Source: Kondoa subrosea (Eukaryota). From it: a stretch of DNA of 22,916 bases. This document shows, one piece after another, positions 1-14,343 of the stretch. Each line of letters starts with the position of its first letter. Positions within the stretch are counted from its first letter, which is position 1. Where the stretch lies: positions 1,811,118 through 1,834,033 of the forward strand of contig BCIN01000002.1 of NCBI GenBank assembly GCA_039545335.1, read 5' to 3'. A program made the translations under genes and the position numbers. The notes under the pieces were generated by a model. The model ran no database searches. It saw only the letters and a program-made list of their open reading frames with translations, and had not been told where the DNA came from.

Positions 1-3000
1 AGCCTGGTATTAGTATCAAACTGCCCCAGAAAATGACAACGCTCGCAGCATAAATCACCTAAACAGAGTAGCCTCAGAGATCAAGCGTATTAGGCCGCTA
101 TAAACTCACTATAGAATGATACAACGCGTTGGCTACCCAGGCCCAAAATATTCGCTTGCTGAAGAACGCATTGTTTTGACCAAGTTGATATAGTTCAGGA
201 TACCGATCAAGCATGCGAGCACTGACAAATTGATCAAAGACTCCGATGACCACGGGGGGAAGAACAGTGAAGACGACGTTGTATAGAGTAAAAGTCCAGG
301 ATTCAAACAGAACTTGTCCGGAGAAGGAGTTTTGGAAAGAGAACTGAAGCTGTATTCAGCTAGAAGCCATCAGAGTTCGACCACCACAACATACGTAAAA
401 ACCAATCATGTACAGGGTAATATTTTTGTAGAAACTGAGGTCGTTCAACAATAGCATTAGAGAATCAATCTGTTGGACCGAGCTCAACATACGAATAGAG
501 AATGAGTTTGCATAATCTCGAGTAGCTCCAAGTGCCATGAACGAGGAGCAGCTTCTTCAGAAAACGGAATTGGCTGATAGCGATGTCTGCAGATCGCGCT
601 GCTTGTAGCCCTTCCAGTCCGCTGATGCCAACGCCGATATGCGCAGCTTGTATCATAGAGACGTCGTTTGCTCCGTCGCCGATAGCAAGGAGAATGGACT
701 TCAGATTCTTCTTGACGAGTTTTACGACTAGTGCTTTTTGCAAGGGAGATACCCGGCCTGAATATAGCAGACAGGCATGAGAATGTCAAATGAAAGCGTG
801 TATCGAGAAAACGAACAGCAGATCACAGCTTTGCACATTGTTGCAAGTTCTAAGAAGGCTTTGGACAGGCTTTTATCGAGCGCATATTTCAGACTTGTCC
901 CGTCTGTGAAACGTATAGGCGACTAGCGGTGCAATTGTTCAGACTGTACATACCAATGACTAGAGCAAGCTCTTCCAGATCACCAGACTTCTTCTGACTT
1001 TTGATCGCCAGCAATTTCTTGGTTATGAACTCTGTTGTGGCGTGCTGTGTTGTTTCATTGACAATCACCTGTGAAACAAACAGCCTCGTATGAAACCTTG
1101 CAGCCGTGCGCTAGTCATATGTATTACCAGACTCATAGATTCTGATATCAATCTACATGACATGCCGATGTTTATAGCCGTTTCTTGCCTATCGCCAGTC
1201 AGTACCCACACCTAAGATTTTTCAGAAACATCATTAAAAGTGGAGAATGCTAACTCACCTTAATGCCCGCCTGCTGTAGCGTGAAAATAGTATCTGGCAC
1301 GCCTTCTTGCAGTTTGTCTTCTATTGCTGTAGCACCCAGTAGGAACAAATTGCATTCGATCATTTCTGCTACTTTGTCTAGCTCATCTTGTCTGCCGTTG
1401 ATTGTAGCTGCTGCTTTCGCGTAAAGCGCCGACCATTGCTGGTATTCGGCTTCGGGGATGTCACGCATAGCAATACACAATGTACGAAGGCCTTCCGTTG
1501 CGTAGTCCTATTATGCATAGACTCAGGTCCCAGGTTTAGGTGAACAAGAGGGAGTTGACCATACCTCGAGATGATTGAGCGTGATGTCAGTATATGCCTG
1601 ACCCTCGGCTAGACGCTCAAGAATGACTGTGTCGGCCCCCTTCGTATACAGCTTAATACTTCCATCTGGCATGCGAATAATGGACGACATGCGCTTCCTC
1701 GTGCTGTTGAACTCGCAAATATTCAGGACTTGATACTCGCATGCTCGACCGCCGCTCTCTACAAATATGGACTGGGGTTTCCGTGTCTATTTCAAGTCCT
1801 CAGTATTTTCAGTCTTCACAAAAGAACGCAACCTACCGTGAACTTGTATTTTAAGGTGGCAGCCCCGTCAACCAAAGCGGCTTCGTCGGGACTGGACGCT
1901 TGGTAAACAATGTGACCATCCTTCTCGTCTGGGATGACAGTATGGCATGTTGCGAGCAATGTCAGAAACTCGTTGATAACTCTCGCTTGTTCATCGCCAG
2001 CCGCGAGATTTTTTGCGAGATCTTGAAAAGTGAAGATTTCCCCTTGTTTGCTCTCATCTACTATGTCAGAGTATGCCACTCCAGCAATAGAACACTGCCG
2101 GAATTCCATCTCGTTGCGTGTCAAAGTGCCAGTCTTGTCGGAAAATATGTACTCAATCTGACCCAGTTCTTCAACCAGGGAGGATGTGCGGCAAAGAGCT
2201 GGTGTATCACTCTTTGCGTAGTACATATCCAAGTCCGAATTGATGAGTACCGCTTGCTGAAACTTGACAACTTCCATAGTGACGATTAAACTTTGAGGCA
2301 GAATGACTGAATCGCTTGTCAGACGAAAAACAAGCAAATGGCTCACCTGATGGGAATCAAGTTGTTGTACAGAATAATGAAGGTGAGAACATCCTCGACA
2401 AAGTTCCTGACTCTGCCCCCTGTTTCTTCTTGTAACAGCAGATACCACATTTGATCTTGATAGACATACTGATGATGCGATAAGCCCAGACATTGACTCC
2501 CCGTAAATCCATACTTACAGTGCGTACAAAGGTGCCGACGGACGATCCGACGGACAGTGCGAGCAAAATAATGAAGAGGAAGACAATCTGGACATTGACC
2601 ATCTTTTCTACTGCTGTTCGCTTAATTGGCGCAGCTCTTCAAACAAATCAACACTGACCCGGTCATTATTTAGCTTGGAAGAGACTCACGTCGCATTCAA
2701 CATCAATTTCGTCTCATGACCGGTGAAAACAACCAAGCCATACATCCAGGATGTATTCCGGAGCTGAGCACCCCGAAGTAGCATCTGATCTGGCGACATG
2801 GGAATTGTCTTTTCGCCGCCGCCGCCATGTAACATAAGAGTTCCTTCATATGTGTAAAGCGAGCTGTTGGGCTGCTCGGATCTAAGATAACCACCGAAGT
2901 GTTGCACGGCTTCGGGAGATGTAAAGTGAACTGTTGAGGGAGAGGATTGTTTGATCTTCAAGTTAGTCTCGCCATCTAGATTGCTTGTCTCGATATAGCA

Positions 3001-4264
3001 CAATCCATCAGGCTCAGAAGAAGAAAGGATGAGCATGTCGGCGGGAAAGAAGTCGTTGCCTTCTAAGCGAACAATATCCCCCACTCTAATGCTCCGCCAG
3101 GCTTTGTCTACGAATCGATTGCCATCGAGAACTTTGGCTTTCCGTGCGTTTAGTTCCCGATCTGACTGGTGTCGTTTCTAGTGAAAAGAGGGTACGCATA
3201 TCAGGTGCAAACACAAAACAGATTTATAAGCACTAACGATATCTTCTTGCATCTCCTTGACTGCCGCAACTAGAAGCACAGCAGCCAAAGGAACTATTGT
3301 CGTAAAGCTATTTGTTGGCGAAACGTTCGGTATCTGTTGAATACAAGCTTGAGGGTAGAATGAGTTAAAGCAGGAGGGTACTATTAGCCTTACACACCCG
3401 AGAAGAGGAAGAACAGATTTGCATACTTGCTGAATTGCTCTACGTACGCCTTCAGCTTTCCAACTTCCTGTGAATACTCTCGCTGCATACCAAAAAGAAA
3501 CTTGGGTACAAAAGTCACCAGATTATACTTGCTTGTGCTAACATAGTTGCTGCTAAAACCACTGGCCATATTCTTGCTTTGATCACCGATGTATATTGTT
3601 CTTTCGCCGGTCAAAGGCTTCTTCTTCAATCCTGACATAGTCAATAGCCCATCCCAGCAGTCTCTGAGCTTTTCTTTGCTCTTCTCTTTCGCTGCATTCC
3701 TTCCGACACTGGAACCTGCGCCGATAGCCAGCTGTTCCTCATCGTCTTCATCGAACCCTGTCCATCCTTGAACACCACCCGGAGTTGAAGGGTATACTGG
3801 AGCTTTATTCATGCTACCAGCTGGTTTCGCCCCGGAAGAAGCGAGAGGTAAGTCCATATCCATAGAATCTGGTGCTCTTGACAATGCAGGAATAGACGCT
3901 CGATTTCGGACGATAGGCGCACGAGCAGTAGAAGGCTCGTCACTATTTCCAGTATTAGCAGTCGGTCACAAGACGACATACGGCATAGAACGGAACTAGT
4001 AGCTTGCATCGTAGCGATAGGGCTCATCATAAGCTATCCCTCGGTCAATGTAATCAGCTGGATTCTGTTGGATTTGAAGTATATAGGTCAGCCGTGGAAC
4101 GTAGGTCTACTTGCGTACTAGTGCACCTGAGACTGCTCTGAACCTCTTTCGCGATTGCTCGAGCTGTAAGCTTTGAGGTCCTCGTCAGAATCATCGTCCA
4201 GAGAACTAGCAGGGAGCAAGATTCAGAACGCTGAAGGTAGTTATAATGCTGACACTGACTACAT
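1..4264 (-). CDS. DRS2: P4-type phospholipid-transporting ATPase (Drs2/ATP8A-like flippase), multi-exon, 3' end beyond the left edge of the window
   Basis: The spliced translation contains [44 protein letters not shown] (QQ motif of PS flippases), [25 protein letters not shown] (phospho-Asp), [21 protein letters not shown] and [14 protein letters not shown]. The start at 4264 is inferred from in-frame GT-AG introns giving [15 protein letters not shown]. Confidence 0.95.
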
Positions 4265-4549
4265 GGTCCCTTGTTTAGCAAGTCGTCGACAACCTCGAAT
4301 GGTCGCGCGCCAGTTGAAAGAACTTGCCCGGAACTTGTTTGAATAGGAGTCGCTCAATCAAGACGCACGACAGAGACCTGTTCTCGCGCAAACAGATCTG
4401 CAAGCTAGCCCAGGAGCTCGAAGATGAAGTGCTGGATTCGGAAAAGCAAGGTTATGATTCAAATCCTCAAGGGCAGAGAGGCAAACGTAAACAGTACAAG
4501 GTTTAGAGATGTTACAAGAGACTGTGCTACTTCAATGCTAATTGAATAA

Positions 4550-6768
4550 TCATGCTTGAGCCGTATAATTGTTGAAAGCCAGAAGATTGACAGTTTGCGC
4601 AGGCAAATCCTGTATAGCCAACCTTAGCATGTTTCAATGATCTACAACGGGAGAGAGCGAACAGTAAGGATTCCGCGGGTTGAGAGGCGGACAATAGCCT
4701 GCTTGAGAACCTTTGGAGACACATGGTCGTTCGATTTCTTGCTGTCCCCGACATTCTTGGTGAAGCCGACCCATTCGCGCAGCTTGCCGAAGATTAGCTG
4801 GGTTGGCCAAGAGATTCGAGTGAAGGTTGCCTCGCGGTTGTCGGACAGGTGGAAAGGAACAGGCTCGCCAGCAAGCATATAATCTTCAGCTGTCGGGGCA
4901 AACGAATGAGGGTAGAGGGACAAGAAGTAAGCACCGAGACCGCAAATATGAGGACTACGATCTCGACATGAGCTCGTTCCACATATTGATCGTCATGCTC
5001 ACCTGGCCTGCGAGGACATCAGCGCGACGCAAATATGCAATCGGAAATGGGACTTACCATGGAAGTGCCTGAGATGCTATTGGTTCTACAACGATATTGA
5101 TTGGCTAGATACACGGTAAGCATGGGTAATAAGCGTACGATCTGTTTCCTGTGTTCCATGTCGACATTATATTCAAGCCAGCTGAAATTACGAGCGCAGC
5201 ATCAGCATATGGACAAAGTACCAACAAGGGTGCTCAGCCTCACGAGCGAAAACATCTACACATTTGCCATGGTTCGAGAAGTAGGCGCGCTTGTCACTTA
5301 TAGCCGTAGCGCCAACTGTGATGGGCCCAGCAGCAGCGGCAGGTGAGAAAGTGCAAGCATCCCTTGAAAGAACAGATCGTTTACTATTGTCCAAGCTCAT
5401 TTTGTATGACCACTCACCTGTTGTCGTTTCCAGCTGTTTATCACCAGAATAATAAGTGCCTCTGGTCTGACTACATGCATGAACACCAACCAGCTACAGC
5501 CTGGCCAGATAGGTAAGAGTCGCAATAACATTATCCACATAAGCTTTACGACTCACAAAGAACAGACCCGCTTCGGTTGCAGCATCGACTGCATCATCCA
5601 ATGACGGCGATTTGCCGCCTCCGAGAGACATGTTCGCTACGGAACCGCGATGAGTAGAGTTAGTGGCTTGAGCTTCCATTCTTGCTGCAGTCGCATGTTC
5701 GGCTGCCCAAGCTACTCCGCCAACAACGTCTCCCATCGTTCCGCTGCCATTCGAGCCTAGGACTTTGACCGCAACGAGATTGGCCGCTTTGGCTACTCCA
5801 TAGGTTGCGGATCCAACAGTGCCAGCAACATGGGTGCCATGACCATTTGCGTCAATGTCTTGATCGTTCTTAGGAATGGTTTTGCCCCACTATCCAAATC
5901 GTCATATTGAATCGTGTTGGGTTGCACTAAACTAACCTTTGCGCGGCCCTCAAAATCGACATGATGAATATTGATACCTGTGTCCACAATATATGCGGTA
6001 ACGCCCTCGCCTCCGAGATGCTCGTATTCGTATCTGTGTTGCTAGTAAGCTGTCTGATTACGTCGCTGTAAGATAGAGACTGACTTATTGAATGTACCAA
6101 ACGACAGAGACTTGCGGTGCGACAATCTAGCAAGACCCCAAGGAGCACCTACGGTTCACATCTCAATCAGTGATCAGGCAATACATCACTGAATCTACCT
6201 TTTTCAATATCTGAGGCATAAACCATCGAATCCTTCTCCACACGCAGTACCTCTGGACGAGATCGGATGGAGTGAAGCACCTTCTCGCTGAACTTGCCAG
6301 TGTAGCCTTTGACCTAATAGTGCAAGGTCAGCCCTGGCGAAATTCTGGAAATAGCTGAAGTTACTTTGCGGCCGATTGAGTATTGATGCACCAAACCTCC
6401 CAAATCAGCTTGAACGGATTCAGTTGAAACGGCGTTCAAGGCATGTCGAGAGGTCACATCCTGAGCATGGGTATTGCGCAGCCAATCCAAATGGGAAGAA
6501 TGCTTCTCAGGCGTTGCGTCAGGTCTCAATGACACGATGTAGGAGTCTTCGATGATGTGTGATCTGTCTAACGTCAGAGTAGGTCACAGTGTGCTATGAA
6601 CGACACCTACCCTTCGCTCTGGACTCCAAAACCAGAAGAAGGAGGCAAACCAGGGGTGATGAGTTCGGCAAGTCGTCCAGAGCGCTCGTGAGCTTCGTGA
6701 TGCACCATAGGCGTCGCCGCTATCAAGGCAGCAGCACTAAGGCATAGGAAGGATATTGAAAGCTTCAT
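4550..6768 (-). CDS. PRB1: Vacuolar subtilisin-like serine protease (S8A, proteinase B/cerevisin-like) with signal peptide and I9 prodomain; 13 predicted introns
   Basis: Signal peptide [18 protein letters not shown]; prodomain (IEDSYIVSL...VKGYTGKFS); [11 protein letters not shown]; catalytic motifs YIVDTGIN (Asp), NGHGTHVAG (His) and ISGTSMASPHI (Ser); AVAAGND (oxyanion Asn). It ends [12 protein letters not shown] with TGA at 4550-4552. Confidence 0.92.
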
Positions 6769-7248
6769 GATCGTTTTGACAAGAGAGACACCAACTTGAA
6801 ATACAGATTACACGCAAGCCTTTAGTTCTCTTATCACTAACACAATTATGTCTCTTAAAAGCACAGAGCACTCACGGGCCCGGGGCACAGAGTCGTGACT
6901 ACGCAGCCAACACATGAGTATACCTGCTGATTACTCGCAATGCCCTTGAATGTCCCGTTCTTATAGCCATGTTAGGAGATCGATACGCTCTGATTATGCT
7001 TGGTTCTGGACGGCTGATACTACATCAACCGCCTACACCAAAGCCTCTTCTCCTTGTCTTCTCTGTCCTTCTTCTCTTTGTGACTTTACATACCTCCAAA
7101 ACCGGACCGCAATCCCGCGGGTTTTCCAGATGCTTGCTCTTCTATTTGTGACCATATGTAACGACGACTCGTTCGCACTGCGGCATCTAGGTCCAGTCGA
7201 AAGAATTGATTCATTGAAAATCGAAGGGTCTGGCCAAAAGGTCTCTCT

Positions 7249-9096
7249 ATGGGGCGTCCTGTCTCAATTGCAGGAGAGGAGAGAGAGGAAGATTATGTGA
7301 GTCCTTGCCATCGAGTGTTAGAGTGACTGCTAAGCGCCTATCAGCACTATGGAGGGTACTGCCCGGTTCAGCTGGGAAGTGTGATGGATAATCGGTATCA
7401 AATTGTATGCAAATTGGGATATGGTGAGCTGGCCTTGTATCTCTGCAGATCACAGTCAGTTTCATGCACTGTTATCAGGCCAATTCTCGACGGTTTTTCT
7501 AGCGCGAGATCTGCACGGCGACGAGCATCGCCATGTCTGTCTAAAGATCTGTCGATCCAACACAAACTATACACATGCAGCAATAGATGAAATCGCCAAG
7601 CTGAAACAAGTTCAACTTCAAGCTCAGAGCGGCAATCACGTAAAGCTACTCTCTATGCTTTAGCGGAGGGACTGATCGCTCTATAGAAGGGAAGAAATCA
7701 CCTCGTCAAGTTTGAAGGCCATTTCATTCACATTTCAGTCAACGGGCAGCATCAGGTCATCGTCAACGAGGTCCTGGCAGAATCTTTGGCATCGAGGATC
7801 GCTCGCGAAGGAGCTCTGTCTCTCAATGAAGTCAAGCGACTGACTCGACAGGTGCTCCTGGCTGTGGACTGTCAGTGCTCTTCCATGGTGCTTCTTGCTG
7901 CGCGAATATCTAAGACTTGAACAGATTTACATAATGAGTGCGGCTTGGTACACACTGATTTGAAACCAGCCAATATCTTGTGCACATTGGGCGATACAGA
8001 GGCACGGCAGTCGACGATCGAAGGCCTCATCGAATCATCTCTTGTTCAGGGTCAAAATACCGACGAACTAGTCTGTAAACTAGTAAGATGCCGAAAATCT
8101 AAATTATCTGTTCTACCTTCAACCCCTCTACTTCCTAACTCGCGCAAATCAGCGAGTCCTAATTCCTGCCCCTCTTTTGCTTTCAAGGATCATGGTCACC
8201 CTTCCTCTACCTTCACAGCGTTGGCAGAAGACATTGATTGCAAGATCGTTGATCTGGGCAACGCACAGTACATCGAATCCCACACCACAGACGATATTCA
8301 GACTCGGGAGTACAGGGCGCCTGAGGTGATTTTAGGCCGTGCGTGGAATCACAAAGTAGACGTCTGGTCCCTCGCTTGTGTTGTACGCTGTCACTACCCG
8401 CTACGTTTGACCAATCTAACGGAAGACAAAGATCTTTGAACTAGCAACAGGTGACCAGCTCTTCACACCGTCTGCCACTAGTTCTTACAGCAAGTCGGAA
8501 GACCATTTGGCGCAAATTATCGAGCTCTTAGGTCCAATACCAGCTGGCAACCTCGGCGATGGATCCCTCGCAGCAAGATTTTTCGAACTGGATACGTTGG
8601 AGCTCAAAAATATCCCTCGGAAAGCGCTGAATAGTTGGCGTAAATGTCCTTTGCCTGGCGCGGTAGTCTTAAGCTGATCATTTGACCTCCCGCTACAGCA
8701 CTTGATGAAGTGCTTCAAGACAAGTATCATATGGAGATGGAAGATGCCGCTACATTCAGCAAATTTCTTTTGCAGATGTTGCGAATTGATCCGAATGAAC
8801 GCGCTTCAATACAAGACCTTCTGGACGACACTTTCCTTCTACCTGCCTTTGCCTCCTCCCGACTTGCTATTGCGCCTATCTCTATTCCCTCTGAATCCAA
8901 GCATCATCGCCTGAGAGTCTCTGACCCGACTACTCCTGACCTTGTGCCTTCTTTGATGAGCTGTTCGTTGTCTAGCACACTCTCGCCTCCTCAAGTCACA
9001 ATTCTGCAAGCTCAACCTACACTAGACTTCATGACGCCGGTGAAGAAAAGGGAAAGTAGTTTCCACCCTGGTAGCAATGCAGGCAGGTTGTTGTAG
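7249..9096 (+). CDS. Divergent SRPK-family (CMGC) protein kinase, tandem paralog of the downstream Sky1-like gene; 6 predicted introns, start codon uncertain
   Basis: The spliced frame is open throughout: EEREEDYHYGGYCPV, KLGYGQFSTVFLA, HVCLKI, AIDEI, VHTDLKPANIL, KIVDLGNA, DDIQTREYRAPEVILG, DVWSLACVIFELATGD, EDHLAQIIELLG, WPLDEVLQDKY, DPNERAS. The DLG and IQTRxYR motifs and a spacer within the kinase domain are SRPK hallmarks. Confidence 0.88.
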
Positions 9097-9435
9097 TTCA
9101 TAACTGCTCGCGCGAGCCTGGGCCAGAAATTTGGAGACATTCACGAATCAGCCGTTGACTATCGCGGTGCCTAATTTACATGTAAGGCCGCCTCGAAGTT
9201 GACCCTTACCGCCGACACTTGATCAAAACAGACGAGCACAGAAGTATCAGCTTTACGGTCACACGTCAGCTCAGCCTGCTCATCTCTATCTGAGAGGGAG
9301 CGCCCCCGTGTAGTAAGTTCCCGCGACCTTATCTTCGCAACCAGCATAATTCTTAGACCTTGGTGTAGTCCCAAGAAGGACATCACTAGCTGACACAGCA
9401 AGCCCTGTACAACCTCTCCCTGTTTGAGGATAGAT

Positions 9436-12013
<2,578 letters not shown>

Positions 12014-12102
12014 CCCAGAGAGTTTGTATTGTTAATTTTAGTTGTCGCGTGTTTGAATGTATGTAGAGGCGTATTGCTTAGATAGAGGGCATAATAGATG
12101 AT

Positions 12103-12661
12103 TCAGTCATGCAAGAGATCGTCGAGCCTCAAGCGTTTGTGACCTTCATGACTTTCACTCGGAGTCTGAGAACAGCTCGTCAGATCGGGCGGCTTCAGAA
12201 AGACAGGACAGAAGACCAGCCTCAGATTGTCTCTTCCCGCTCGGTGAGTGAACTTCTTCCTTGTGGAGAAGGTCCTCTTGTTCGAGAGATTGAAGACTCC
12301 GAGGATCAAAAGAGCTGCCAGAGGAGAGCTGATCCAGTATCAAACTTCAGAATATACGTCAGGATAGCTGAAGAATGAAGCTCTGGGAACCGTACTCGCA
12401 CTCAGCCTGTAGTTTAGCTGCTTTCGCATCCGCTTTCTTCAACTCATCCTTGAGTGTGGTTTGATCCTGCTCATCGCGCACTGCACTCAGACTACAGCAG
12501 CTACATACGCAAGAGCATGCAGACCTCAGACAGATCGGTATATTTGGCCTGCAGACGTCGGTATTTGTTCATAATTCTGTCCTCAGCAGATCTATAGCAG
12601 TACAACTTAGATTACTGGAGTTACCTGACGAGTTCAATATATACCTCGAAGGCTTGTTCAT
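12103..12661 (-). CDS. Small coiled-coil protein (~111-114 aa), INO80E/Iec3-like (INO80 complex subunit candidate)
   Basis: Exons 12661-12645, 12591-12525, 12466-12396, 12344-12254 and 12192-12103 (introns 51-61 nt) give MNKPSRSAEDRIMNKYRRLQAKYTDLSEDQTTLKDELKKADAKAAKLQAECDLILDQL...HKRLRLDDLLHD. The KYRRL...L..E.D.LLD pattern resembles the INO80E/Iec3 N-terminus as I recall it; no search was run. Retaining the last intron stops the ORF at 12155. Confidence 0.65.
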
Positions 12662-12907
12662 CTTGCGATGCGTCCTCCCCAGAAATACAGGATTGATGGA
12701 CTTGAAATCGCCGTATATAAGCAAAGAGAGGTCAAGCGAGAAGAAGGTCGTAAACAACTTTTGTAAACACAGTTTATTGGGCTAAAGCCATTCCCATGAG
12801 GTCTGCATACTATTCTTTTCGGATCGCGGAAGGCTCTGCGAGAAGTAGCAAACCAGCTCCGGCGACCATGCAATCTTCGAAGTGGAAAGCATAACCGTGC
12901 GTGCCTT

Positions 12908-13528
12908 CTAAGGCTGTACATTGCTCGCTATATCATGTTGCTCTATAGTAGTGGCAAGAGCCGGGAAGGCAATTGACATCTGTTGTTCCAGGTCATTTCT
13001 GTAATCCTACACAAGAGTCAATCACCATTTCAACAACAAAGAAAGGAGTGTAAATCTCATACCTTAAGTGCATTGAGTATGCCGTTTGTGAATTGATTCT
13101 CCGCAACAGTGCGTTCAATGAAGCTCCGGTTGTGCAGTTCAGGATTTTTGCCTAGGTCCACTAGTCTCCAATAGTTCATGCATTCAGCCTGTTGCATCCT
13201 TGTGCAAGTCAAATACAGACATACTGTATTATCTGTTGAGGGACCAGAACATCGTACAGGCCATTCGCTTTGCCTTGTAAATCAGCTAGTTGACTGATGA
13301 TCCTCGTTCTGGTGATGGAATGTCATCAATGGCGGCAGGTAAAGAGGAGACCTGAGCCAACACTGTGTCGCCTACCAAACCTTCGACCTGTACGTTTCCA
13401 GCGGCATTGCCCAAAAGATGATACGAAGTAAGAAGTTGGGCCAAAGTTTCGTCCAGAGCGGCAGAAGGCGTCTGATCGACTGATTGTGTCGGTGCAAACG
13501 GATCCAGAGCAGGATCAAATCCTGGCAT
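12908..13528 (-). CDS. MED10: Mediator of RNA polymerase II transcription subunit 10 (Med10/Nut2); 3 predicted introns
   Basis: The spliced product includes LDETLAQLLTSYHLLG and DVLVPQQIIQLVDLGKNPELHNRSFIERTVAENQFTNGILNALKDYRNDLEQQMSIAFPAL. This matches the Med10 P-x7-D-x-G-[RK]-N-P...F-[VI]-E...N-Q signature. Confidence 0.85.
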
Positions 13529-13591
13529 CCTGGCCGTCAGAGAGAATTGTGAGAATTGACAATTAACCTAAGCGCAAACCACCAAACAAGA
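13529..13591. promoter_or_regulatory. Putative bidirectional promoter interval between MED10 and SPF27
   Basis: The divergent start codons at 13528 (-) and 13592 (+) are separated by 63 bp. Confidence 0.6.
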
Positions 13592-14304
13592 ATGCCCTCA
13601 GAAGCTCTGGACGCCTTACCTTATTACGACAGAGATTTGGACTCGATTCCAGGACTACGATCAAGAATCAACCAAGAAATTGCACTGGAACTGCGTCAAG
13701 TCTCTCTTTCCGATTTTTCCAATGTTCCAGCACTGCCAGAACCCTACCTTTCTTCAGATCTCCTACACACAGCTTACAAACGCATCTCCTCTTCGAATTC
13801 TGCTGCGCTTGGGCCCCCACAGAACGGATTAGACAACGCTCGTTATGGCACTCAATTATCAAATGATATGCAAGACTCGGAAGCTTGGAAGCAGTCTTAC
13901 GCTGTCACAGCTGCTATGATGGAGTATCAATCTGGACGGAGCGCGAATGTCACACTGCTGCAGAAGTTCGGTGCCAACAGCTGGCGCATAGAGAATTTCT
14001 TGCTGGAGAAGGAGATCGAACGGATAGAGAAAGACGTTGCAGATACGAGAGAACAGGTGGAAATAGTAAACAGGTCGCGGCAGACGAAACAGGTCAGCTC
14101 TCTCGTCTCTTTCCGTCCTATGCATCCTGATCGTCCTGTATGTAGAAAACCGCTGGCAATCAATTGACTTCGCTGGAAAACAAATGGACGAACATGATTG
14201 AGGGCAATACACAATTGGAGATCGCTACATTGCAGCTAGAATGGAGGATCCAGCAGCTAAGGGATAGACATCAACAGCTCAAACAACAATTGGCATCGGA
14301 ATAG
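13592..14304 (+). CDS. SPF27: Pre-mRNA splicing factor Spf27/BCAS2 (Prp19 complex); 1 intron near 14092-14145
   Basis: LDALPYYDRD, LDNARY, NVTLLQKFGANSW, VNRSRQTKQ|KTAGNQLTSLENKW...NTQLEIA are characteristic of BCAS2. Stop TAG at 14302-14304. Confidence 0.92.
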
Positions 14305-14343
14305 CATTAGCTGTGGCTTGTCTACATTGTATTATGCCTCAAA

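Noticed and set aside
7249..9096. SRPK paralog as a pseudogene, since it is fragmented in the ORF track
   Set aside because: Every break is explained by a GT-AG intron that restores the frame, and all catalytic residues are present.
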